Assembly (NCBI RefSeq): GCF_023055435.1
Contig: NW_025963890.1
Location: 1,798,001 to 1,862,000 of the forward strand
DNA from: Haliotis rufescens
Taxonomy: Eukaryota
Reading direction: 5' to 3'
DNA: 64,000 nt
Part shown: piece after piece, positions 49,061 through 62,887 of the stretch
How the letters are laid out: every line of letters starts with the position of its first letter
Numbering within the stretch: position 1 is the first letter of the stretch
Position numbers and translations under genes: made by a program
Notes under the pieces: model-generated
Told to the model about the DNA's origin: nothing
The model's input: only the letters and a program-made list of their open reading frames with translations
Databases searched by the model: none

Positions 49061-51152
49061 TACCAAGAATGGGCCTCACATCTCGTGACAATGAGAGGAA
49101 ACAAACCTGGATCTTTCAGTGTGACAAGCAAACACTTACACCACAAGGCTACCCCACAACCCCATTGTCTGGAAACATTCCAGTTCAGAAGTACGCTCAC
49201 ATGTTTTCCATAAGTAATTACGATCAATTCAGTGTAACAGTTCCATATCACATATCAGAGATAACGATTCAACTATTACATACACAACAATAATGACAAG
49301 GTATACGCTCATTGAATCATATAACTACACACATTCCCCATCACCCAAACAGCCAATCATGAGAGAGAAATACATTCTGTAAATATCAGGAAGCAAGACA
49401 CACACTTTCAGTGAGTGATGTATTCATATTTTAAAATTCCCTCTGACTAATTGCCAGATGGCCTGTTTGTGTCAATTTAAGTATGACAAACATGCTAATA
49501 TTAAAAACATTCACATGAGTAAGGGAATAATTATGCCAGGAAAAAAATAGCTGACAAAGCTTTAGAATGAATAATCATAAAATGTGATGCCAAAAAATAT
49601 TTTCTTCACTACCAGAGAAAGAAGAGCCTGTGAAGGAATGGCCTGAGTCATCTGCTCTGCATATAAACAAACTGGTATGTCTGGTCCAATGTTCATTACA
49701 ATGAAACACCTCCTGCAAATGCCACACTGACACCAGTGTGTAACACTTACGTTTATACCACAGTGTCTGTTTTCTCCCGTGTACAGAGCTCTGCGGACTA
49801 CATTTAATATACATACATATAATATGTAAACAAGACATCACAGTGACATCACAGACAGTGTCCAATATTTGTGTGAGGATGGCACTGCTGGCGGGTGGCT
49901 GGACCAAGACGACTAGGGGGTGGGTTCAGGAGGGTGGAATTGAGCCTACCTGCCAAGGAGGAGCTGAATCCAGATCACCTCTAGTATAAACAAAGCGATG
50001 TCCAAGCATATACCTGCTCCCAGAGTGTTGCTACTCGTTCTCAGAGCTGCTGAATGAATTAAATATGATGTGCCAAGCTAGCCAATCAGATCGCCAGGAA
50101 ATTATCAATCACATGACCCTGCTGAAGCAGCAGTGGATCAATACATCCTAGAGCATGTGAGGGTCGGAGAGGGGAGGGTTGGCGACTGTCCGGACACTTG
50201 GACAGACGGACAGAGCTACTGGTGACACACACAGTCTACTGGGCTGAGATGTGGTGGACACTTGTCTCCCTGTCACGGCAGCCAAGTCTTATAAATTATG
50301 CAGAATGAGTCGTATGGTGCCGCAGATTCTTCCCTATTCAGGATGTCTGCTAATAAAAGCTGGGGAACTGGTTCTGAGAAATATAACTTGTATTGCAGTC
50401 TGTAGGTCGTTAATGATGTACCTCTGTCTGTGCTAATTGCATGATCTGGGTCAAATGGTATCTGGAATTCTAACGTCATTCTCCGATCAAGGTGATTGCC
50501 AACAGAGCCAATTCCTCCACTGAAGAAATGGGGATTGTTCCACAAAGGTCAAGGTTAGATCAGTATTGATTTTGGGGGCGAGATTTGTTGTGAGACGAAG
50601 AGACCCTCGCTATTGGATTAGTCAATACATATTGTTACGCGTGCTGGCTCCACCTCAACACAACTTTACCTCCATTAGTGTATGGACGTCTAAACCTGTC
50701 AAACACTTCACACATGATGTGTGCATACACACTGGTGTCATGGCAACCCACACACCTCAACTTCTGGAAGATTCTCTTGAGGGAGAAAATGTGAACAACA
50801 AGTTGTACAACTTCGACTGCCATAATTGCTGTGAAAAAGGCAGCTCTGCTGTGTGCAACATAACACATCTCCCGGATTGTAGACCTGTCAAATTGTTTGG
50901 TGGCTGTAAATGTGTCAAATCAAACAAGTCAAATTCTGAATCTCAAACATAAGTGAAATGAGTTTCACACAATTCCAAAAGAGCTATCAAAGACATCAAA
51001 TACAAACCATATTGTCCATCTCAAACATAAGCCATAGTTAAGATCATAAATATTTTTTTAAGACACATTGTGGATCTGAAATATGAGTCCTATAAAATGT
51101 CTCAAATACAAAGTCATATTATATAATTATCTCTAATATGAATCCTAAAATA

Positions 51153-52236
51153 TACTCACCGCCAAAAGAAGGCAAATACAATAATTTATGGGTTTATTGA
51201 AACCATAATGCACCTCTTTGTTTACCTCCATTACATCATTTCCTTTCCAATCTCCCCCCACTTACGTCATAATTCTACTTCCTATGACGTCATCAAACTT
51301 TCTTTCGTGTCATCACCATCGTCTGTTGGTTCTGTCAAAATTTTCTGTACCCAGTTTTTGTACAGCAATTCTCAACTTTTGGCTCCCACCCACCTTCCCC
51401 CTAGCTTGCCACATTCATATTCTCTCTAATCAATCTTGTGTATGTATATGGCACAGGGCAAACTATGTATATTGCTTATTTATTCAATGAATGTTACAGG
51501 TGGGCATGGTTCTTGTTGGCTACAAATGTAAATACTGACTTAATCACCAAGTAATCATCAAAATTATCAGTCTTTGCTCTTCAGCGGGAATCTGTTCAGT
51601 TCCCCTGCTTCTCAGCGGATGGGAACCTTTGGCTTACCGGTAACTTTATTCATGTCTGCTTTTCAGCAGAACCTTAGTATTTTGCTGCTGGCAACATAGT
51701 TGCCCATTGCTGCTGCTGCTGCTACTGCTGCTGCTACTGCTTGCTGCTACTGCTTGCTGGTAACTCAAGTCGCCAAATATAACTCATTATAATAATAACA
51801 ACTTAGGGCAGGCCACAAGTCCTGCCACACCTATGACCTTGAACCCAACATATGCCTTTCTTATTTCTCTTGCCTTGTCAACTTTGACAAGGCAGGTTAC
51901 TTTTCATGGGGCGTTTCAATTATTGTTGGTTAACATGTGAAGACTTACTCACATTCAAGAGATATTAGATTGGTTCGATGCAGAAACAATCATACTGGTA
52001 TGTTGTGTGAAATGCCACTCATGTCATGCATGTGACGTCTTAGATCCATGATTTGAGATGCATCATTTGTCTCGTGCAGGATTAGCGTGTCAAGTTTGGA
52101 AATCATGTGCAGCATATCATGATAAGAATAAAGACACTCTGTGGTAAAACCTGATTGATTGTAAGTTTTGTCATTAAGTGGTACACATTGGAAACATCTC
52201 TTCTTAACATACATACATCTCTTTTGGTGGTGAGTA
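51153..52236. mobile_element. Tc1-like non-autonomous element, probably with an internal insertion
   Basis: TIR TACTCACCRCCAAAAGA (16/17), TA flanks. Confidence 0.65.
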
Positions 52237-52297
52237 TATATCTTTGTTAAATCCTACGTACATTTTACATATATGTTAAACAAAACATAAAAAGAAT

Positions 52298-52971
52298 AAA
52301 CAAGCATGAAATACTCATATCCCCCGCCAATATGACATGTACGGTTGTGTGCAGTGCATTAGCCTGTGAAGTATGTTCACTGGGCCTTTTTGTAAATGGC
52401 CTAATTGCAGCACTAAAAAAAGTTATTACTGGTGTGATGTACAGAGTATGGTTGACAAGAATATATTCAGGATAGAAGGCAGTGTTTATACAGTTAAGTA
52501 GGTTTAAGATCAGTTACACTGTTGTATTTGTAATGAGTTGTGTTTCTGCATGAAGTTAGTCAGTGAATGCAACAACCGTGTCCATGACACTTTTGGAGGA
52601 ACAAACACACAAGCGATGCAGATCTTACCAACAAGAAAGGAAATGCGAGATGACATTATGTGCCAAGTTTGGTGAAGAAATATGGTACGGTTTTCAACGT
52701 CTGCTCCGGAAACGAGGACTACCACCATTTTCAGTCTAAGTCAAAGTCGTTGCCATGGAAACTCCAAAAAAGTTGGTTTTTTTTAAATCACAGACTATTA
52801 AAAGGCACCAGTTCACCACTAGACCTACCTATATGCCAAGTTTTGTGAAGAAATATGGTACGGTTTTCAAGATCGGCTCCGGAAATAAAATGTGACAGAC
52901 GGACGGAAGGATGGACGGACGGACGGCACCAATTCCTATATCCCTCTTCCACTTCGTGGCCGGGGATAACA
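52298..52971 (-). mobile_element. HINE / DINE-1-like element
   Basis: AAACAAG...ATATCCCCC at one end; (GACG)n and ATATCCC...GGGGATAA at the other; duplicated internal TGCCAAGTTT.GTGAAGAAATATGGTACGGTTTTCAA. Confidence 0.8.
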
Positions 52972-53082
52972 ATATCAAACATCACAATCGTCAGTCACAA
53001 TATAATTCTAATATTTATTAATATTGTACATGTATATCTGAAACATGTCAAGACTTGAACAACATCACACTATTATCAAAAT

Positions 53083-55232
53083 TTGTCTACTCATAGCAAC
53101 AGTGTGGTATACCTTGGACAACATGTATCTACTTATAGCAAGAGTGTGATATACCTGGGACAACATGTGTCTACTCATAGCAAGAGTGTGATATACCTGG
53201 GACAACATGTGTCTACTCATAGCAACAGTGTGATATACCTTGGACAACATGTGTCTACTCATAGCAAGAGTGTGATATACCTGGGACAACATGTGTCTAC
53301 TCATAGCAATAGTGTGATACACCTTGGACAACATGTGTCTACTCATAGCAACGGTGTGATATACCTTGGACAACATGTGTCTACTCATAGCAACGGTGTG
53401 ATATACCTGGGACAACATGTGTCTACTCATAGCAACGGTGTGATATACCTGGGACAACATGTGTCTACTCATAGCAACAGTGTGATATACCTGGGACAAC
53501 ATGTGTCTACTCATAGCAACAGTGTGATATACCTGGGACAACATGTGTCTACTCATAGCAACAGTGTGATATACCTGGGACAACATGTGTCTACTCATAG
53601 CAACAGTGTGATATACCTGGGACAACATGTGTCTACTCATAGCAACAGTGTGATATACCTGGGACAACATGTATCTACTCATAGCAACAGTGTGGTATCC
53701 CTGGGACAACATGTATCTACTCATAGCAACAGTGTGGTATACCTGGGACAACATGTGTCTACTCATAGCAACAGTGTGATATACCTGGGACAACATGTAT
53801 CTACTCATAGCAACAGTGTGGTATACCTGGGACAACATGTATCTACTCATAGCAACAGTGTGGTATACCCTGGACAACATGTGTCTACTCATAGCAACAG
53901 TGTGATATACCTGGGACAACATGTGTCTACTAATAGCAACAGTGTGGTATACCTGGGACAACATGTGTCTACTCATAGCAACAGTGTGGTATACCTTGGA
54001 CAACATGTGTCTACTCATAGCAACAGTGTGGTATACCTTGGACAACATGTGTCTACTCTAACAACAGTGTGATATACCTGGGACAACATGTGTCTACTCA
54101 TAGCAACAGTGTGATATACCTTGGACAACATGTGTCTACTCATAGCAACAGTGTGATATACCTTGGGACAACATGTGTCTACTCATAGCAACAGTGTGAT
54201 ATACCTTGGACAACATGTGTCTACTCATAGCAACAGTGTGATATACCTGGGACAACATGTGTCTACTCATAGCAACAGTGTGATATACCTGGGACAACAT
54301 GTATCTACTCATAGCAACAGTGTGGTATCCCTGGGACAACATGTATCTACTCATAGCAACAGTGTGGTATACCTGGGACAACATGTGTCTACTCATAGCA
54401 ACAGTGTGATATACCTGGGACAACATGTATCTACTCATAGCAACAGTGTGGTATACCTGGGACAACATGTATCTACTCATAGCAACAGTGTGGTATACCT
54501 TGGACAACATGTGTCTACTCATAGCAACAGTGTGATATACCTGGGACAACATGTGTCTACTAATAGCAACAGTGTGGTATACCTTGGACAACATGTGTCT
54601 ACTCATAACAACAGTGTGATATACCTGGGACAACATGTGTCTACTCATAGCAACAGTGTGGTATACCTTGGACAACATGTGTCTACTCATAGCAACAGTG
54701 TGATATACCTGGGACAACATGTGTCTACTCATAGCAACAGTGTGGTATACCTGGGACAACATGTGTCTACTCATAGCAACAGTGTGGTATACCTTGGACA
54801 ACATGTGTCTACTCATAGCAACAGTGTGGTATACCTGGGACAACATGTGTCTACTCATAGCAACAGTGTGGTATACCTTGGACAACATGTGTCTACTCAT
54901 AACAACAGTGTGGTATACCTTGGACAACATGTGTCTACTCATAGCAACAGTGTGATATACCTTGGACAACATGTGTCTACTCATAACAACAGTGTGGTAT
55001 ACCTTGGACAACATGTGTCTACTCATAGCAACAGTGTGATATACCTTGGACAACATGTGTCTACTCATAGCAACAGTGTGATATACCTGGGACAACATGT
55101 GTCTACTCATAGCAACAGTGTGGTATACCTGGGACAACATGTATCTACTCATAGCAACAGTGTGGTATACCTGGGACAACATGTTTCTACTCATAACAAC
55201 AGTGTGATATACCTTGGACAACATGTGTATAC
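53083..55232. repeat. 42-bp minisatellite, ~51 copies
   Basis: Unit GTCTACTCATAGCAACAGTGTGRTATACCTKGGACAACATGT; produces the 14-aa periodic ORFs on both strands. Confidence 0.98.
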
Positions 55233-55257
55233 ATGGCAACAATAACGTGTGCACAAA

Positions 55258-55355
55258 GAGTGAGTGAGTGAGTTTTGAGCAATATTCCAGCAATATCAGG
55301 GTTGGGGACACCAGAAATAGGCTTCACACATTGTACCCATGTGGGGAATTGAACG
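55258..55355 (-). mobile_element. SINE family A, 5'-truncated
   Basis: GACACCAGAAATAGGCTTCACACATTGTACCCATGTGGGGAATTGAAC. Confidence 0.85.
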
Positions 55356-56233
55356 TCCACACATAGCAACAGTGTCATACAGTAACATGATATACGTGAT
55401 ACATTACTATAGCCCTTTCTAATTAATCCATTTTCCACTTAATCAATGCTTACTTGCTTTCAGTACCAATCCAAGGAATCTCTCATGTATCTGTGATCAA
55501 TTATTTCCCATGAATTCACTTTAATGAAGGGGACAAAAAAGTTGACTTTTTCACTTTTTTAAAGTTTGATATCAAACAAGATTTCAAGGCCAGTTGCTTT
55601 TTACAGTTTTTCAAAGTAGAAGTATTTGTTTTACAGAATATCATTTGACCGTTTTATCCTTTTCATTGTAATATACAATTGAAAAATGAGTCTTCTTTTC
55701 TCATTTAGAACAAATCATCATCAACTGCCATCCAACAATCAATATTAAATTGCTCACCCATTGTTAAACACAAGCTCGAGCTATCCTTCGATTATTAATA
55801 CCAATGCAATACACACTAAACATCATAATGACAAGCTCTCTAGTATTACAAAACAGGCCTATTAACAATTAAATAACATAGAGAACAATTCAATATTTTG
55901 TATAACATTCAACAAAAGGATATTTTTCTTACCACTCACGGCTAATTCAAGCTGCTAGAGGCAAATGAAAAAGTATTGACACCCTTGTAACAGATGAACA
56001 ATGGGGTGATATCAATTTTCGTTAATGGTGGAAGTAAACCAGGATGCATAATAGCTCCATAACAAATAATAAGCTTCAAGTGCCAAATAAACAGCAGGCT
56101 GTCAAATAGATAATGCAAAAAAAACAATGATTTCTATGTTGATTTTTTGTGAAGAACACTGAAATAAAGGTATGCATCTATATATTTACATTTCAACTTC
56201 ATAACCAATATGGAGGTAGAGAGGTCGTCTAGC

Positions 56234-56476
56234 TTTGTTTGTTTCTTGTTTAATGCTGCACTCATCAATATTCCAGCTGTATGACAGCAGTCTGTAAATA
56301 ATTGAGTCTAGACCAGACAACCCAGTGATTGACATCATCATCATCGATCTACGCAATTGGGATACGATGACATGCATCAACCAAGTCAGTGAGTCTGACC
56401 ACCTGATCCCGTTAGTGGCCTTTTATGGCAAGAATGGATTGCTGAAGACCTATCCTAACCCTGATCTTCACAGGTG
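56234..56476 (-). mobile_element. SINE-like family B copy (single module) at the head of a decayed plus-strand family A copy (56477-56640)
   Basis: Family homology; near-perfect TSD GGTCGTCYAGCT. Confidence 0.88.
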
Positions 56477-58004
56477 GGTCGTCCAGCTGAAGTGGTTAAA
56501 GCATTTGGTGGTCACACCTAGCAGGCCAGGCTTCAAGTCCCCACATACATACAGTGTGTGAAGTCCATTTCTGGTGTACTGCCATCATTAAGGACGGAAT
56601 TGTCATTAAAACAGAGAAAAAACACTCACAGCTCACTTGGAATAAGTAAACCTACACTCCTTAAGCATTAGTTTCTGTCATTCAAAACGCATCTCCATTG
56701 GATGTATTTGAAATGTCTATGCTTCAGGAGCATTCACACTTCTGACGATCACATGAAAATGAAATAAATTGTAAAATATGGAGTGAAAGAAGAAACACAG
56801 CACATCGATCATTACAATGATTTGTTTGTTATTTGTTAACTCTGTAATGACCAATTTTTTCATTGCAGCAAATAAAACACTTGTGATTTCTGCATTGAAT
56901 TGCATACTGCATTGAACATATTACTTTGACAGAACTATTGTCTTACAAGAGTTACCTCTCCACAAATTATCTCCCCTTTATCATCAGTGGCAAGCCCATA
57001 CACAAACTGTTGGCATCCTTTTCATGTTAGCTCCACATTGTCAAGGCAAAATAATGACAGATGGTCATTTATGGAGTTAATATCACTTCATGCCGTTTGC
57101 TATCCTCTTGAAAATGTTTCATCATAAAATGTAAATGTAAAATGTAACTCGTCAATTCAGACTCTTTGTTTTTCAAAGTACCTTTTTTGTTACTTGACCA
57201 GCATGTATTCGCTCGCTTCTAGATTTCAAGAATATTTGTTTTTTTACTTTGATTTTGTATATAATCATATCTAAACGTATGATAAAGACTTTAATTGACC
57301 TCAAATATTTTTTGCTACATTTTAAAGATTTTGAAAACACGGAACTACTCTTAAAGTCACAATTACAAGGGGTGGGGAACATTCCTGTGAGTTAGGTTGG
57401 GAAAATTAACATTTCAAGGTTTTACATTTGTAATGAAATCCTTTAATTTTCCAGTAGACATCTACCCAAAAAGTACATTATAAATAGGATACATCAAATT
57501 GTATGTTGCTCTCATCGAGTGACGGGAAAAGGGGATATCTTCCCATATCTATGAGAGAATATATCTTGCAGTGAGCACATATCTAATCAGCAGTGGACCA
57601 CTCTGAAAATGTTATTCATGACCAAATTCGGCAGATTTAGACAAGTGGGAATCTTAAAGGGTGAGTTGTTTTTTCCCCAAACTTGTCATGTTACACGATC
57701 TGGATCCTATTAATGATGCCTTCTGTTCATATGTCTCTACAAGCACCGTTATTGGAGTCTCCTTTGGCCATCAAAAGTAAGGAATAGTGACGTGCCCAAA
57801 CCGAAAAATCAACAACAGCAAAGTTGAACATGAATCACTTGAAATTGATATTTTGTGTTTCCACGGTTTGTACCCTTTTAATGCTGTAACTGCTTCTTTT
57901 GAATCCACATCTGGGCTGAAATTCTGCAAGTTTTAATTTCGCCACCTATTGTCCATGTGTGTGAGTGTGCATTATTTAGATCTGATAAAAATGTCCTTGG
58001 GCAT

Positions 58005-58595
58005 TCAACCATTCCCTGCAGCAACCACAGTATTTCATGCTCTATCTATAGCAGTCAACCCTTTCCCTGTAGCAACCACAGTACTTAATGCTCTGTCTAT
58101 GAGTCAACCCTTTCCCTGTAGCAACCACAGTATTTAATGCTCTGTCTATGATAGTTAACCCTTTCCCTGTAGCAACCACGGTACTTAATGCTCTGTCTAT
58201 GATAGTCAACCCTTTCCCTGTAGCAACCACAGTATTTCATGCTCTGTCTATGATAGTCAACCCTTTCCCTGTAGCAACCACAGTATTTAATGCTCTGTCT
58301 ATGATAGTCAACCCTTTCCCTGTAGCAACCACAGTATTTTATGCTCTGTCTATGATAGTCAACCCTTTCCCTGTAGCAACCACAGTACTTAATGCTCTGT
58401 CTATGTGTCAACCCTTTCCCTGCAGCAACAACAGTATTTAATGCTCTGTCTATGATAGTCAACCCTTTCCCTGTAGCAACCACAGTATTTAATGCTCTGT
58501 CTATGATAGTCAACCCTTTCCCTGTAGCAACAACAGTACTTAATGCTCTGTCTATGGCAGTCAACCAATTCCCTGCCACCAACCACAGCATTCAC
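58005..58595. repeat. 51-bp minisatellite, ~11.5 copies
   Basis: Unit ATAGTCAACCCTTTCCCTGTAGCAACCACAGTATTTAATGCTCTGTCTATG. Confidence 0.96.
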
Positions 58596-60535
58596 TGCTC
58601 CATGACAGTCAGACATCATTTTTACTAGTCACTTACAACTATTTGGTGCTCTGTGAATCAATCTTCACTAAAACTAGCCACCTAACTGATCACAATCTAT
58701 GCATCAGTGAACATTTCAGACAGAATATACAATGTCTTTACACCAAGGATACAATATGATCAAAAGCAATAAACACAACTGAGATAAGTTATACATTTTT
58801 TAAATATACAAAGTAATTCTCTGAAATATTTAAAATATGACTGTGTACAAAAGCTTTTAAGCTGCCTTCTTGTCATTTGCCATGCTTAAGTCAGTTGCAC
58901 CATAAACCTATAGAGACTATCATTTGTTGTCAAAGCATGAAGTGGAGTGCTGTGACAGACGCTGGGGAGTTCACCACTGCTGCTGTCAGTGCGCCATGAC
59001 AACCTGCAACACACCAGGAGCTGGGGTGTGTGGCCGAGAGTTGTCCTTAAATGTCAGCGATGCCCTGGTTGTTGCTACCACTGACCCAGAGTAGCACAAA
59101 TTAAATCAATGCAATAGCTATATAGACAAAACACTTTTAGGAACAACAAGGTGCTAAACAACAGCTAAAAATACTTTGAAAATGGTTTCTTGGTATTGTG
59201 ATCACTGTCATGTGTAAACGTTGTGTTGTACAAATTTCAAATCTGATACATATATAATGAAGAAACATTTTCTAAACATTTTTAACACATATGAAGTTTT
59301 TCTCTGTTCACCAATGCTGAAGGGTTTTTTTCAATATTAGGTAGCAGATAAATATATCCCAGGTACATTTTTCTACCCCCTAAAAATATTGTACACAAAA
59401 AATCTACCCGGTCCAAGCTCGGTCACCAGAAATGTGCCAACATCGTGGGTCCATACTTCCACGATTTGTAGAAAAAATGGCGGAAAGGCAGATGACATGC
59501 AACTAGCGAGTCATTTGTTGAAATTCTACATTCGGGAAATCTGTGTTAATTTTCATTTTGATCCTTTTCCCTGTCGGAGTCATAAATTAAAATCAGATCC
59601 ATCGCAGTTTGTGTAAAATCATCGTAACTAGGTTGATTTATATACTTGTTTATACAACAAAGACCCCTTAAGCTTCACAAACCCTGCTGTTTTCTCTTCC
59701 CTCTCTACATTTCAGCGAACTGCTGTATGGCATGGATGATTGCCTGTGCAAACGCTCCAATTTCAGGTGAAATAATTCTCTGAATAAGTAGGCCAAATGA
59801 ACAAGAACTCAGCTATGACAGTTACAAATGTTTAATGTACATGTTTATGAGACACACTGTGCTAAAAAACATCTGCATATGAATCTCTACTCAACTCAAC
59901 CTATTCCAACATACCAGTACATATCTGGTACTGGTGATTAAGCCAGAGAGGAGTAATTGATGTCACCATATATATGTTCCTAAACCATGCGTTATCTGCC
60001 AGCTGGAATTCCACAGTGCTGAGGCAAGATGGCTGCCCAACATCAAACAGTTGTGTAGGCATAATAGCGGCAAGTAATAAGTCCAAATCACTGACAACTC
60101 CATTAAAGACATGAAACTATTCCCCTAACCACTCTTCAAGAGCAGTACAGGACACGGAGGCCTTCAGAAGGCCAGCAGCATTCTGTAATTGGGGGGCAAT
60201 TTCACCCAGTCATTTTTTCTGACATTTTGCTGAGGCATGGAAGAACAAAGAGTTGCAGTTGTCACCATACTTCTGCGGCTCTGGTCCATTTTCTTGGTCA
60301 CCTAGGTTGCTAAGGCGATATGGACAAATTGATACCAATCATATATACACCAGACGGGACAACCATGGCAACAATGGGTCGACCTTTGGTGCTTTTAATA
60401 AGACTTCCAATAAAATTTTATATAATAAACCATTCCATTAAAACTTAATACCAAACACTTCTCTGACAGAAGTGACTACATGTTACTGTCTACTCAGAGC
60501 TTGACATAATATGATGACAGTGATTGAGTGAGCGA

Positions 60536-60795
60536 GTTGTTTGTTTGTTGTTTAACGCCGCACTCAGCAATATTCCAGCTATATGACGGCGGCTGTAAAT
60601 AACTGAGTCTGGACCAGACAATCCAGTTATTGACGTCATGCACATCGATCCGCGCAGTCCCTGATGACATGCATCAACCAAGTCAGTGAGCCTGACCACC
60701 CGATCCTGTTAGTCGCCTCTTACAATGAGCATAGGGGTCTTTTACAGCAAGCATGGGTTGCTGAAGACCTATTCTACCCAGATTCTTCATGGGTC
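60536..60795 (-). mobile_element. SINE-like family B copy inserted in a (GTGA)n run (run continues 60797-60880)
   Basis: Full family homology; GAGTGAG on both flanks. Confidence 0.9.
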
Positions 60796-60940
60796 AAGTG
60801 AGTGAGTGAGTGAGTGAGTGTGTGAGTGAGTGAGTGAGTGAGTGAGTGAGTGAGTGAGTGAGTGTGTGAGTGAGTGAGTGAAACATGCTTCAATGCCTCA
60901 ACTCACAACACCAGAATATGATTTTCAGTTACAGGCGGAG

Positions 60941-62083
60941 TTGGAACTTCCAGAGCTATAATACCTCCCTTACAGCAACACTAGGCTGGAACTTCCAGAG
61001 CTATAATACCTCCCTTACAGCAACCATAGGCACGAATTTCCAGAGCTATAATACCTCCTTTACAGCAACACTAGGCTGGAACTTCCAGATCTATAAAACC
61101 TCCCTTACAGCAACACTAGGCTGGAACTTCCAGAGCTATAATACCTCCCTTACAGCAACACTAGGCTGGAACTTCCAGAGCTATAATACCTACCTTACTG
61201 CAACACTAGGCTGGGACTTCCAGAGCTATAATACCTCCTTTACAGCAACACAAGGCTGGAACTTCCAGAGCTATAATACCTCCCTTACAGCAACCATAGG
61301 CTGGAAATTCCAGAGCTATAATACCTCCTTTACAGCAACACTAGGCTGGGACTTCCAGAGCTATACTACCTCCCTTACAGCAACACTAGGCTTGAACTTC
61401 CAGAGCTATAATACCTCCTTTACAGCAACACTAGGCTTGAACTTCAAGAGCTATAATACCTCCCTTACAGCAACACTAGGCTGGGACTTCCAGAGCTATA
61501 ATACCTCCTTTACAGCAACACTAGGCTGGAACTTCCAGAGCTATAATACCTCCCTTACAGCAACACTAGGCTTGAACCTCCAGAGCTATAATACCTCCCT
61601 TACAGCAACACTAGGCTGGGACTTCTAGAGCTATAATACCTCCCTTACAGCAACACTAGTCTGGAACTTCTAGAGCTATAATACCCCCCTTACAGCAACA
61701 CTAGGCTGGAACTTCTAGAGCTATAATACCCCCCTTACAGCAACACTAGGCTGGAACTTCCAGAGCTATAATACCTCCCTTACAGCAACACTAGGCTGGA
61801 ACTTCTAGAGCTATAATACCCCCCTTACAGCAACACTAGGCTGGAACTTCCAGAGCTATAATACCTCCCTTACACCTTACAGCAACACTAGTCTGGAACT
61901 TCCAGGGCTATAATACCTCCCTTACAGCAACACTAGGCTGGAACTTCCAGAGCTATAATACCTCCCTTACAGCAACACTAGGCTGGAACTTCCAGAGCTA
62001 TAATACCCCCTTACAGCAACACTAGGCTGGAACTTCCAGAGCTATAATACCTCCCTTACAGCAACACCAGGCTGGAATTTCCA
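60941..62083. repeat. 45-bp minisatellite, ~25 copies
   Basis: Unit CTGGAACTTCCAGAGCTATAATACCTCCCTTACAGCAACACTAGG; source of ORF 60885-61628. Confidence 0.97.
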
Positions 62084-62317
62084 TTTGAAAAAAGAATTAC
62101 AATTTTCTTTATTTCTTTGACAGTTTCACCACCCAGTATTCACAAAAAAAACTATTTGCCATCCATGTTAGCACTGGAATCTTAAACTGTATGAATGTAT
62201 ATGTTTTATACTGTGGACAATATTATGTGAGAAGGTTGGCAGGTAGTTGGAAGGTAGAAAGGTCATTCTTGTATATGGGGCCTTGTAACCTCAGAGTGAG
62301 TGAGTGAGTAGCATCAG

Positions 62318-62625
62318 AGGTGAGGTGAAATAGGGTTTTAATGTCACATCCAGGATTATTTCACTTATACGGTAATGTGCATGTGTGCATGTTGCTGCTT
62401 GTAACTAGCTCAACTAATGCCAGTTTAATACTGCTAGCCCACTGAGAATCCATGCTGAAGTTTAAACCCAAATCAGACAAAGTTTACTGACTCTGAGCCT
62501 TTAACCTTGTTCTATCCCCATAAAGCCAAGCACCAGGAAGAGTAACAACAAGTACCATCTGTTAACGCCTTTTGGTACGACTCTGCCAGAGACAAAACCA
62601 CTGATGTTCTGCTCTCTGGGTAGAT
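62318..62625 (-). mobile_element. Family C SINE, decayed
   Basis: Colinear with 8920-9237 (GTGAGGTGAAATAGGGTTT...TAACAACAAGTACCATC). Confidence 0.8.
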
Positions 62626-62887
62626 AGTAACTTCAAAACAGAACAAGAGCCTAAGAGTTAGGTTATGCTCAACACTTGGGTCATATAATCAAGCCAACAT
62701 TTTATGTATTTGGTCATTATTGAAACTGACCTCTAGAAGGCCTCTTTTCCAACAGATTAAACTATGAAATCTATAGAAGTAAACCTTGTAGTATCTGCAG
62801 TCTGTATCAATGGTCATCTGAATCAGGAGTCTTGAGAGAAAGGCCAAAAAATTATTTTTCAAGTTCCAGTCAAGATTCCATTTAGTT

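Noticed and set aside
48712-49293. 193-aa ORF as a gene
   Set aside because: Built from a family B SINE nested in a family A SINE; other copies do not keep the frame.
53065-55311. 327-391-aa ORFs as CDS
   Set aside because: Translations of a 42-bp minisatellite, open on both strands and broken by indels.
1-62083. Regular repeat arrays as CRISPR loci
   Set aside because: Units are head-to-tail with no unique spacers, there are no cas genes, and the context is eukaryotic.
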